Under the pieces are notes generated by a model that searched no databases, was not told where the DNA came from, and worked only from the letters and a program-made list of their open reading frames with translations. 32,504 bases of DNA from an uncultured Rhodospirillales bacterium. Its GTDB lineage: Bacteria; Pseudomonadota; Alphaproteobacteria; Rhodospirillales; Casp-alpha2. This document shows, piece after piece, positions 1 through 7,662 of the stretch. Location of the stretch: NCBI GenBank assembly GCA_938074585.1, contig CALJEW010000118.1, positions 1 to 32,504 of the forward strand. The letters run 5' to 3'. Each line of letters starts with the position of its first letter. Within the stretch, counting starts at the first letter, position 1. The position numbers and the translations under genes are program-made.

Positions 1-925
1 TCTGGGTGCAAAAGGCTTTTAGTTCCTTATCCATTTCCATTAACACATCTGAATTGGGATGCCTGAAATCGATTGTTAAAAAGACATGGCCGGGTATCAC
101 ATTTCGTGAATTGGGGCTAGAAATGATTTGACCAACCGTTGCACAGGCAAATGGTGGGTGGGCATGTCCTATCCTATTTACTTTTTGAATGATTTTGGAA
201 GCTGTAACCAAGGCATCTTTACGGATCGGCATTGGGGTAGGTCCGGCATGCGATTCTTGCCCAGTTATATTTAATTCATACCAACGTTGGCCTTGTGCGT
301 CGGTAACAACGCCAATGGTTTTTTCTTCAGCTTCTAGAATAGGGCCTTGTTCAATATGCAGCTCGAAATAAGCTCCAATGTCACGACCGCCAACGGGGGC
401 TGAGCCTGCGAACCCAGTCCGTTCCAACTCACCACCAAACGATTTTCCATCGCCATCTTCTTTAGCCATGACTTCAGCTTGATCGAAGATACCTGCAAAA
501 ACACCACTACCCATCATTGCGGGTGAATAGCGGGAGCCTTCTTCGTTGGTCCAGTTAACTACTTCTATTGGGGCATTGGTTTCTAATGCGTTATCGTTCA
601 GAGTACGCATCACCTCAAGCCCTGCCATAACACCTAAAACGCCATCGAACCGTCCGCCGGTGGGTTGCGTATCTAAGTGGCTGCCAAACACAATGGGGGG
701 CAAACTGTCATCGCGGCCTAATCTCCGCGCAAATATATTGCCTACACCATCAACGCTGACGGTGCAACCTGCATCTTCACACCATTTGATAAATAAGTTT
801 CGGCATTCTGCATCCAAATCGGTCAGCGCCAAGCGGCAGTTTCCGCCTTTTTTCGTGGCCCCAATTTTAGCCATTTTCATTAGCGATAACCAAAGGCGGT
901 CACTGTCGATTTGGATGTTTTTCAT
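1..925 (-). CDS. M20-family Zn-dependent amidohydrolase (N-carbamoyl-L-amino-acid hydrolase / allantoate amidohydrolase-like). The N-terminal ~308 aa are present and the C-terminus runs off the window.
   Basis: Not in the ORF track because it is truncated. My own minus-strand translation from the ATG at 925-923 gives MKNIQIDSDRLWLSLMKMAKIGATKKGGNCRLALTDLDAECRNLFIKWCEDAGC...GSHLDTQPTGGRFDGVLGVMAGLEV...NWTNEEGSRYSPAMMGSG...ELHIEQGPILE. GSHLDxxPxGGxFDGxLGV is the hallmark of this family. The plus-strand ORFs 189-371 and 546-959 are its antisense shadows. Confidence 0.85.
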   Translation of the reverse strand, partial: MKNIQIDSDRLWLSLMKMAKIGATKKGGNCRLALTDLDAECRNLFIKWCEDAGCTVSVDGVGNIFARRLGRDDSLPPIVFGSHLDTQPTGGRFDGVLGVMAGLEVMRTLNDNALETNAPIEVVNWTNEEGSRYSPAMMGSGVFAGIFDQAEVMAKEDGDGKSFGGELERTGFAGSAPVGGRDIGAYFELHIEQGPILEAEEKTIGVVTDAQGQRWYELNITGQESHAGPTPMPIRKDALVTASKIIQKVNRIGHAHPPFACATVGQIISSPNSRNVIPGHVFLTIDFRHPNSDVLMEMDKELKAFCTQ

Positions 926-937
926 GCGCGATATTCC

Positions 938-1969
938 TTATGTATCCATGTGCTTTTGAACAACTGCAATAAACCTGTCCACGTGGTTTTCTGGGGTATC
1001 GAACGCGGTTACAAGACGCACGACGCCTTCTTCCCATCGGTCACTATAAAATTCAATTCCTTGGGAGTTCAAGTCTTCAGTTAATTCAGCCGGAAACTTA
1101 GGGAATAAAATATTGGCATCAATGCCAGTGGGCACCTCGATCCCTTCAATTTTGGATAACCCATCATGTAATCGCTTTGCCATTTGATTGGCATGCCTGG
1201 CATTTTTTAACCATAGATCGTCTTCCAAATAAGTTTCCATTTGGCTGGCAAGTAAACGCATTTTAGAGAACAAATGCCCTGCTCGTTTACGTCGGAACTC
1301 AAATTCTTTGGACATACTTTTATCGAATAATACAACTGCTTCACAAGCTATAGCACCGTTTTTACTGGCTCCAAAAGACAACACGTCAACGCCCGCCTTC
1401 CATGTCATTTCAGCAGGTGAACAATCTAGCGATACCAACGCATTTGCAAATCGTGCGCCGTCCATATGTAGTTTTAAGTGATTTGCTTTGCAAATCTGAC
1501 TGATGGCTTCTAGCTCCGTAATTGAATAAATGGACCCGGTTTCAGTTTCTTGGGTAACACTGACGGCTTGAGGTTGAGACATATGAACATCCCCCACGCC
1601 ACGCTGGGCATAGTGAGAAACAATCTCAGTGTACATTTTGCCATTTTTACCCTCAATCGGGATGAGCTTGCCACCACCTGAAAAAAATTCAGGGGCGCCG
1701 CATTCGTCTTCATACACATGGCTTTCCCAATGGCATAAGGTGGCTCCATAACTGTTCATAAGCACCGATAAAGATAGGGCGTTGGCTGCTGTTCCGGTTG
1801 CTACCAAATAGACATCTGCGTCGGTCTCAAAAACATCACAAATTTGGTCCCGTACGCGCGCTGTATAGGCGTCGGCACCATATGACATGCACTGACCTTC
1901 ATTGGCCCGAACCATCGCGTCCATTATTTCAGGTGAAGCTCCAGATGTGTTGTCGCTGGCGAAATTCAA
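938..1969 (-). CDS. ltaE: Low-specificity L-threonine aldolase (PLP-dependent, beta-eliminating lyase family)
   Basis: 343 aa. The N-terminus MNFASDNTSGASPEIMDAM plus GTAANALS and SFGASKNG (PLP-Lys region) are typical of LtaE. It lies 12 nt upstream of the M20 hydrolase gene on the same strand. Confidence 0.85.
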   Translation of the reverse strand: MNFASDNTSGASPEIMDAMVRANEGQCMSYGADAYTARVRDQICDVFETDADVYLVATGTAANALSLSVLMNSYGATLCHWESHVYEDECGAPEFFSGGGKLIPIEGKNGKMYTEIVSHYAQRGVGDVHMSQPQAVSVTQETETGSIYSITELEAISQICKANHLKLHMDGARFANALVSLDCSPAEMTWKAGVDVLSFGASKNGAIACEAVVLFDKSMSKEFEFRRKRAGHLFSKMRLLASQMETYLEDDLWLKNARHANQMAKRLHDGLSKIEGIEVPTGIDANILFPKFPAELTEDLNSQGIEFYSDRWEEGVVRLVTAFDTPENHVDRFIAVVQKHMDT

Positions 1970-1978
1970 AATCGTCTC

Positions 1979-2455
1979 CTAAGTTTTTTGACGTATAGGG
2001 TAGGGGTGCCAATCGGCAGTATGCAATGGGATTTGTCTGAATTGTGATCCGTCCGCATTGACGCAATGGGCTGTTGTCAAAGTCGCTTGCCCATCAACAA
2101 CGGAAGTGATTAACCAAACCAAATTTGGCTCGTATGCCATGTCTAGATCTGTTATTGAGGGTTGGGCCGGGTGGTTGGGGTGGGAATGGTAGTGGCCAAT
2201 GATCCGGTGTCTAGTGCCATTATCAGCAGCGCATTCATCCAATTCCCGAATCACATTAAATCTGACTTGCGGGTCTACCTCGAACCGGTCATGGCCTGAT
2301 CCTTGTGCAAGATTGTCACTGATCACTACCCGGGTTACAACAAGCGCTCCGGCCCCATTATCGCGACCAACAAGCAATCCACAGCACTCTTTTGGATACG
2401 CCGCTTCTGCCTCGTCAACAATTGCTTTTAAAAAAGTCTGTGGGATTGAGATCAT
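1979..2455 (-). CDS. JAMM/MPN+ (Mov34/M67 family) metalloisopeptidase-like protein
   Basis: 158 aa. It has the complete JAMM signature: the catalytic Glu in KECCGLLVG, and HYHSHPNHPAQPSITD (HxHx7Sx2D). Confidence 0.8.
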   Translation of the reverse strand: MISIPQTFLKAIVDEAEAAYPKECCGLLVGRDNGAGALVVTRVVISDNLAQGSGHDRFEVDPQVRFNVIRELDECAADNGTRHRIIGHYHSHPNHPAQPSITDLDMAYEPNLVWLITSVVDGQATLTTAHCVNADGSQFRQIPLHTADWHPYPIRQKT

Positions 2456-2835
2456 AACTTGGGGTGTATGCGCCCTAAAATAACGCCCTTTTTTATATCA
2501 ACTAAAATAATGGCATTGCATGCGGGTGTTGGTCCGATCATAAAGTACGCGTAACGCCGCATTGGTTGAACTTCTATAATTAGACATCCCTCAGCAAGAT
2601 CAAGTGATAGGGTCCCAAAAGGCTTCATGGGTGTTTTGTTTTGCCGCTGAGGAATTGGTGCCAATTTTTGTTCTAAAACGTGTGCCGCTTGTTCAGAAAA
2701 GGGCTTCCAGCCGGGCTCAGAGGTTTTTTTATAAAATCCATACCCTAGTAAAAAGGTGCCAAGGACAATTAATATGCCTAAAACGATGACAAGTGACTTA
2801 AGCCAAAGCATATTATCAATCCTATCTATATCCAT
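2452..2835 (-). CDS. Hypothetical N-terminally anchored membrane protein
   Basis: 127 aa with a single predicted TM helix (LKSLVIVLGILIVLGTFLLGYGF). Its stop overlaps the JAMM gene start by 4 nt (ATGA). The start could be the internal Met at about 2811. I recognised no family. Confidence 0.55.
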   Translation of the reverse strand: MDIDRIDNMLWLKSLVIVLGILIVLGTFLLGYGFYKKTSEPGWKPFSEQAAHVLEQKLAPIPQRQNKTPMKPFGTLSLDLAEGCLIIEVQPMRRYAYFMIGPTPACNAIILVDIKKGVILGRIHPKL

Positions 2836-2859
2836 ACGTTCTTAAAATTCAGCCGGAGA

Positions 2860-3840
2860 ATGACCCCCGTGACCGATGAAAACACATATACCTGTAAAGT
2901 ATCAGAAGACAAGGGTGGGATGCGATTAGATCGGTTTTTGACCGATGAATTGCCTGAAATGTCTCGAAACCGGGTGCAGGCGCTGATTGATGAAGGACAA
3001 ATTACTGGAACAACAAAGAAAAAGATAGGGGCTTCATTGAAGATTGCCATTGGCGAAGTGTACACAATTGAAATCCCTCCCGTTGTATCCGCAGAACCTG
3101 AACCTCAAGACATCCCACTGGATGTTTTATTCGAAGACGAACATTTGTTGGTTATCAACAAACCCATAAGATTGGTGGTCCATCCGGCGGCTGGTAATTG
3201 GGATGGAACGCTTGTAAATGCTTTACTATTTCACTGTGGCGATAGCTTGTCGGGCATCGGCGGCGTTGCCCGACCGGGGATCGTGCATCGCTTAGATAAA
3301 GATACCAGCGGCGTCATGGTTGTTGCAAAAACTGATCAAGCACATCGCCATTTGGCTGAACAATTCGAACTTCATACGATCGAGCGGGCTTATAAAGCGG
3401 TCGTTTGGGGCATACCAAGCCCACGTGAAGAACGCATCGTTGGGCACATAGGCCGTAGCCCAATGAATCGGAAAAAAATGGCTGTTCTTGATTTTGGCGG
3501 TAAATTTGCTGCAACCAATTATAAAGTTGATCATGTCATCGGTCGTGCCGCTAGTTTGGTTGAATGCAGGTTAGAAACTGGCCGTACCCATCAGATTAGA
3601 GTGCACATGGCAGCAATTGGTAACGGCGTGGTTGGCGATCCGGCTTATGGCGGTGGTGGGCATAATAAAATGAAGCTCGCTAGTCGTGAAGTTCGCAAAC
3701 GTATTGAAGAGTTTTCGCACCAAGCTCTTCACGCATATTTGATCGGTTTCATTCACCCTAAAACAGGAGAGATGATGCGGTTTGAAGCTCCATTAACAAG
3801 CAATATCAATCGCTTAATAGAGGAATTAGCGAAAGTATAA
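2860..3840 (+). CDS. rluD: 23S rRNA pseudouridine synthase, RluA/RluD family
   Basis: 326 aa. It has an N-terminal S4-like segment (MRLDRFLTDELPEMSRNRVQALIDEG), the catalytic motif HRLDKDTSGVMVVAKT, and GRTHQIRVHMA. Confidence 0.9.
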   Translation: MTPVTDENTYTCKVSEDKGGMRLDRFLTDELPEMSRNRVQALIDEGQITGTTKKKIGASLKIAIGEVYTIEIPPVVSAEPEPQDIPLDVLFEDEHLLVINKPIRLVVHPAAGNWDGTLVNALLFHCGDSLSGIGGVARPGIVHRLDKDTSGVMVVAKTDQAHRHLAEQFELHTIERAYKAVVWGIPSPREERIVGHIGRSPMNRKKMAVLDFGGKFAATNYKVDHVIGRAASLVECRLETGRTHQIRVHMAAIGNGVVGDPAYGGGGHNKMKLASREVRKRIEEFSHQALHAYLIGFIHPKTGEMMRFEAPLTSNINRLIEELAKV

Positions 3841-3945
3841 TTAATATATACTTGACTGATTAACTCGGTTATTGTTTTTTTGTGTTATAAGTATCGACTT
3901 TCTCTTCCTTGATGGGACTGCGCTGCTTGGAAAAGGATAATCGTA

Positions 3946-4830
3946 ATGGGTTCATTAGATCGTGACTTTCAGGCCTCACCTGAACAGAATTTATCTAGGT
4001 ATCTCCAAGATATCCGTAAATATCCAATGTTAGAAGCTTCTGAGGAAACTGCTTTGGCACGTCGATGGCGCAAAAATGAAGACCCGGAAGCTGCCAGACA
4101 AATTGTCAGTTCGCATTTACGCTTGGTTGCTAAAATCGCCATGGGGTTTAGGGGGTATGGGTTACCTGTGGGTGATTTAATATCAGAAGGTAATGTTGGT
4201 ATGATGCAAGCTATTCGCAGGTTTGATCCTGATCGCGGATTTCGCTTTTCAACCTATGCTATGTGGTGGATTAGGGCCTCTATTCAAGAATATGTTTTGC
4301 ATTCATGGTCCCTAGTAAAAATGGGAACGACTGCTGCTCAGAAAAAGTTATTTTTCAACTTACGTAAATTAAAAAGCCAGATTGATGCCATGGAAGAAGG
4401 AGATTTGTTGCCAGAAAATGTGACAATTGTTGCAAATCGTTTGAAGGTATCCGAAACTGAAGTTATTGCGATGAACCGTCGCTTATCTATCCCTGATCAA
4501 TCGTTGAATGCGCCAATGCACGATGAAGGTGACGGTGAATGGATAGATCTTTTGGTCGAGAACGGTGATAATCAAGAGGCAGCTTTAGGGAAGGCGGAAG
4601 AGTTTTCAAGTCGCCACTCTTTATTACGTGGTGCTATGGAGCATCTGTCCGAACGTGAACAACATATCATTACTGAGCGTCGCTTAAATGACCAGCCAAC
4701 GACTTTGCAGCATTTGAGTTCTCAATATGGAATTTCGCGCGAACGGATTCGACAGATTGAAGTGCGGGCTTTTGAAAAGCTTCAGAAATCTGTCAAAAAT
4801 GCAGCAATAAATTACCATTTATCAATATAA
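3946..4830 (+). CDS. rpoH: RNA polymerase heat-shock sigma factor sigma-32
   Basis: 294 aa. It carries sigma-70 regions 2 to 4 (DLISEGNVGMMQAIRRFDP, STYAMWWIRASIQEY) and the RpoH box (AAQKKLFFNLRKLK). The rluD-rpoH adjacency is common in Alphaproteobacteria. Confidence 0.92.
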   Translation: MGSLDRDFQASPEQNLSRYLQDIRKYPMLEASEETALARRWRKNEDPEAARQIVSSHLRLVAKIAMGFRGYGLPVGDLISEGNVGMMQAIRRFDPDRGFRFSTYAMWWIRASIQEYVLHSWSLVKMGTTAAQKKLFFNLRKLKSQIDAMEEGDLLPENVTIVANRLKVSETEVIAMNRRLSIPDQSLNAPMHDEGDGEWIDLLVENGDNQEAALGKAEEFSSRHSLLRGAMEHLSEREQHIITERRLNDQPTTLQHLSSQYGISRERIRQIEVRAFEKLQKSVKNAAINYHLSI

Positions 4831-4843
4831 AACTTTAGTCTAG

Positions 4844-5380
4844 TTATTCTGGAACTGCTGGTGTTCCCTCATTCGCTTCCGTTGGGTCTTCAACGTCTGT
4901 GTGCATTCCTTTATTTGAACCATTCTCCTCTATTACGCTACCTCCCCATTCATGTACAATACGCTGTTGTATGGTTTTTAAGGACTTAACACGCGTTTCG
5001 GTAATTACGGTTAAAAAGGCCGTGATCACTGGAGGGATTGAGAGAAATAGCATCCAACCAAATCCAGCAGCAGCAAAGATGATCGCGATCGTGAAAACAT
5101 CGCCCATAATCTCCATTGCAGCTGACAATGAATGATCAGCTGTCAATTTGAGTAGAAACGGCAGTGTCCCGCAAAAATTTAACCCACTCACACAATATAC
5201 AGCATATTTGTGATCTGTTCGGTCAATAAAAAAAGCGACAAGAGACGGCAGCATACCCAAAGCAAATATCAATAACGATGAAGGCGAGAACAGAACCCAT
5301 ATTGTGATCAATCCGGCACCCCACATCCAAGTTATCAAACTTGGTGCTTTCTTTCCATTTAGGGTGAAAGGTGAAACCAT
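4844..5380 (-). CDS. Hypothetical integral membrane protein (about 4 TM) with an acidic C-terminal tail, lying downstream of the kinase-like gene
   Basis: 178 aa with an ATG start and a GAAGG about 12 nt upstream. Hydrophobic segments include WMWGAGLITIWVLF, LLIFALGMLPSLVAFFI, VFTIAIIFAAAGFGWMLFL and IPPVITAFLTVI. There is a 27-nt gap to the upstream gene on the same strand. I recognised no family. Confidence 0.65.
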   Translation of the reverse strand: MVSPFTLNGKKAPSLITWMWGAGLITIWVLFSPSSLLIFALGMLPSLVAFFIDRTDHKYAVYCVSGLNFCGTLPFLLKLTADHSLSAAMEIMGDVFTIAIIFAAAGFGWMLFLSIPPVITAFLTVITETRVKSLKTIQQRIVHEWGGSVIEENGSNKGMHTDVEDPTEANEGTPAVPE

Positions 5381-5407
5381 TCGCTTATTGACCTTCGATC
5401 TTTGGGT

Positions 5408-7531
5408 TTACCATGGTTGAACAATCATCAAACCGATAACAACAGATAAGGTTATAATAATAGAGAATACTGCGGCCGTTTGCTGACCAGCTCTTTCAGC
5501 TTTCGTAATGCGGGCATCTCCGGCCCCTTCAATATCTTGTATTTCTTCTTCTGCGGCTAGCCATTCATTTTTTGCTTCCTCATAGCCAGAAATATCTTCA
5601 TTGCGGCGCTTAGCATTATCAACCAAATCAAATAACTCGGGCAAACTTCCTTTGCGAACAAGTCGTGGAATTTCTTTCTCCAGATCGCCTCTGGTTATCC
5701 GATTATGGTAGCTATTTATCGCAGGACCTAACAATCCACCAATCCAACTTGATAATCCAAGTAATGGTTGTTCGCGCAATTTCCATTGTAAAAAAGCAAG
5801 TAGGCTTAAAAGGCCTATGATTGATGTGTTCTGGGTTTTCGATCCTAATGATTTAAGATGGGGATGAATATCTTCTTTGAAGCGAGCTGCAATAAATGCA
5901 GCTATATGACGGTCAACGGGGCGTTGGCTTGTGTCTGCCGTACTGGCTGATCGCTCCATTGCTGGTAATAGATGGTCGATCAAAAGAACGTAATCGTAAA
6001 GGACCAAGGGGCTGTGACAAGGAAGGCTGGTATTGATTTCATATAAAACACGCTCAAGACCATACCCCAGATCTTTAATAGCTAAAAATCCCTTCAAGGC
6101 CGATAAATTTTTCTGTAAATCGGATGTTCCTGGAAAGGGGGGGTGGTGATTGGCCAACCACGTTTGTCCAATATCGTAGGACAGTATTTCTGACGCAAAT
6201 GGTTTATTATTATTATGAAGAACCTCGGTTGCTAATAAGGGGCCATAGCCGTCGGGCATGAACGCAATGTTCTTATAACGGATTGGGCCTAAAGGATCTA
6301 AGATCATACACAGAATAAATGAAATATAACTTTCAGATCCTCGGTATCCTTGAGAATGGAACTTAGCATTTTGATAAACGCCTTTAACCGCTTCAGACAT
6401 CGCCTTATTACCTAAGGAGCGCAAGAGCCATGTATCAAAGGCTTCTTCTCGGCCTGCAGCGACAGAATCTGGTATTTTTTGAGCAAAATGATAGGCCAAT
6501 GATCGCGGGCTAATATATTCTTTACCTTGAAATAGGTAGGGGTTTTCGGCCTTTTCAAAGGCATAGGGGCGCTTCTTAGATGAACTTGTCCGTTGCCCAT
6601 CAAGCCAGTTCGTAATTTCATTAAAATCCCAACGTGCAGCAGGGTCATCGTTCAGCATTCCCTGAATTGGTTTAAGCAAAGGTAAAGGGATAGGCGAATT
6701 GCCGAAAATAACGGTGTATGAACTTTGTTCTAATCGGGCTCTAATTAAATCGTCGTCCTTCAATTTTGCTACAGGGTTTTGACCTAAGACCAAAATTCCA
6801 ATCGTCACGCCGAGAGCATAAATATCATCGCGTGACGTGCCCACTCCGCGCCCCGCTGGATGAGACATCGCGCGCTCGATGGGCTCAAAGATACAGGGCT
6901 GATCATAACCGGGCGGCGACGTTAGATTCTCGCCAATGACTATTTCAGTCATTTCTTCGTCGTTAAAAAAAATATTCTCGGGCCGAATTGCACGGTGAGG
7001 AGCATCCTGATCAGCCAATTTCTGAAGTATAGTTGTTAAGGGAGTGGCCAGTTTCTGTGGCACATCATATTCTGTGATCTTGGCTTCTTTGCGTGTTAGT
7101 CGATGTATGACGCGCCCGCCCAAGGGCTGAGTGAAAATAATAGCCATTGTGCTTTGCCCAAGCGGAGGCCAAAAGACCACATCCCAGTCAATGATGTCTA
7201 ATCGTCCCGACGGGTCTAAGGTTTTTTGTTTGCGTATGCTATCAATGCGTGTCGGTATTTCTGGGGAACAAATCAACACGAAAAGTTTTCGGCCTAAATC
7301 GCGACGGTCTTCGGCTTGGTAGGCTCTAGCAGATGGAGAATCAAGATGTGGCAAAGGTATTGCCGTATCAAGCACAAAGCGGTCCCTGAGTACTACAGGT
7401 CCGTTACCGTCACCCCGTGGGGTCGGTGTATTTTCAGCCGGAACATCCGCAGGCTTAAAAATCTCCTCCATATCCTTGGGGAGCGCGTCTACGATATCAT
7501 CCGTTTCCAAAGGCTGTTCTGCCATGGTCAC
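5408..7531 (-). CDS. Tail-anchored protein with an N-terminal Ser/Thr-protein-kinase-like domain that appears catalytically dead (pseudokinase), plus a large uncharacterised C-terminal region
   Basis: 707 aa. The kinase-fold landmarks are HRAIRPENIFF (HRD position, nt 6989-6997), IVIGEN (DFG position), IFEPIERAM (APE-like), DDIYALGVTIGILVLG and LNDDPAARW. There is no GxGxxG loop and no VAIK lysine (LFVLIC instead). A C-terminal coiled-coil-like acidic stretch is followed by the TM helix AAVFSIIITLSVVIGLMIV. The likely true start is the ATG at 7525 (GAGGG 9 nt upstream) rather than the GTG at 7531. Confidence 0.75.
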   Translation of the reverse strand: MTMAEQPLETDDIVDALPKDMEEIFKPADVPAENTPTPRGDGNGPVVLRDRFVLDTAIPLPHLDSPSARAYQAEDRRDLGRKLFVLICSPEIPTRIDSIRKQKTLDPSGRLDIIDWDVVFWPPLGQSTMAIIFTQPLGGRVIHRLTRKEAKITEYDVPQKLATPLTTILQKLADQDAPHRAIRPENIFFNDEEMTEIVIGENLTSPPGYDQPCIFEPIERAMSHPAGRGVGTSRDDIYALGVTIGILVLGQNPVAKLKDDDLIRARLEQSSYTVIFGNSPIPLPLLKPIQGMLNDDPAARWDFNEITNWLDGQRTSSSKKRPYAFEKAENPYLFQGKEYISPRSLAYHFAQKIPDSVAAGREEAFDTWLLRSLGNKAMSEAVKGVYQNAKFHSQGYRGSESYISFILCMILDPLGPIRYKNIAFMPDGYGPLLATEVLHNNNKPFASEILSYDIGQTWLANHHPPFPGTSDLQKNLSALKGFLAIKDLGYGLERVLYEINTSLPCHSPLVLYDYVLLIDHLLPAMERSASTADTSQRPVDRHIAAFIAARFKEDIHPHLKSLGSKTQNTSIIGLLSLLAFLQWKLREQPLLGLSSWIGGLLGPAINSYHNRITRGDLEKEIPRLVRKGSLPELFDLVDNAKRRNEDISGYEEAKNEWLAAEEEIQDIEGAGDARITKAERAGQQTAAVFSIIITLSVVIGLMIVQPW

Positions 7532-7607
7532 AAACCCTCAATCCCTAATACTGGCCAAAACGTTCTTGTCAGACCAACATTGGTTTTATCTTTAAGATTC
7601 TACACGC

Positions 7608-7648
7608 AAACTGGAAAAAAACAATGATATATTGTTTTTTTCCAGTTT
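7608..7648. terminator. Perfect 18-bp-stem hairpin (5-nt loop) 15 nt downstream of the purA stop and about 77 nt upstream of the kinase-like gene. It may be a terminator or an operator.
   Basis: AAACTGGAAAAAAACAAT gatat ATTGTTTTTTTCCAGTTT, arms 7608-7625 and 7631-7648, with no mismatches. The stem contains an A7/T7 run. No separate U-tract follows it, so it is not a textbook intrinsic terminator. Confidence 0.5.
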
Positions 7649-7662
7649 GGGCGCAGTTCAGA

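Noticed and set aside
546-959. 137-aa plus-strand ORF (and 189-371) at the left end
   Set aside because: They lie entirely antisense to a well-supported M20 amidohydrolase reading frame on the minus strand. They are Ser/Pro/Arg-rich with no recognisable motifs, so they are shadow ORFs.
3852-3945. Attempted call of sigma-70 (TTGACT at 3852-3857) or sigma-32 type (CTTGAT at 3909-3914) promoters upstream of rpoH
   Set aside because: No acceptable -10 element lies at 16 to 19 bp spacing from either hexamer, so I could not support a promoter from sequence alone.
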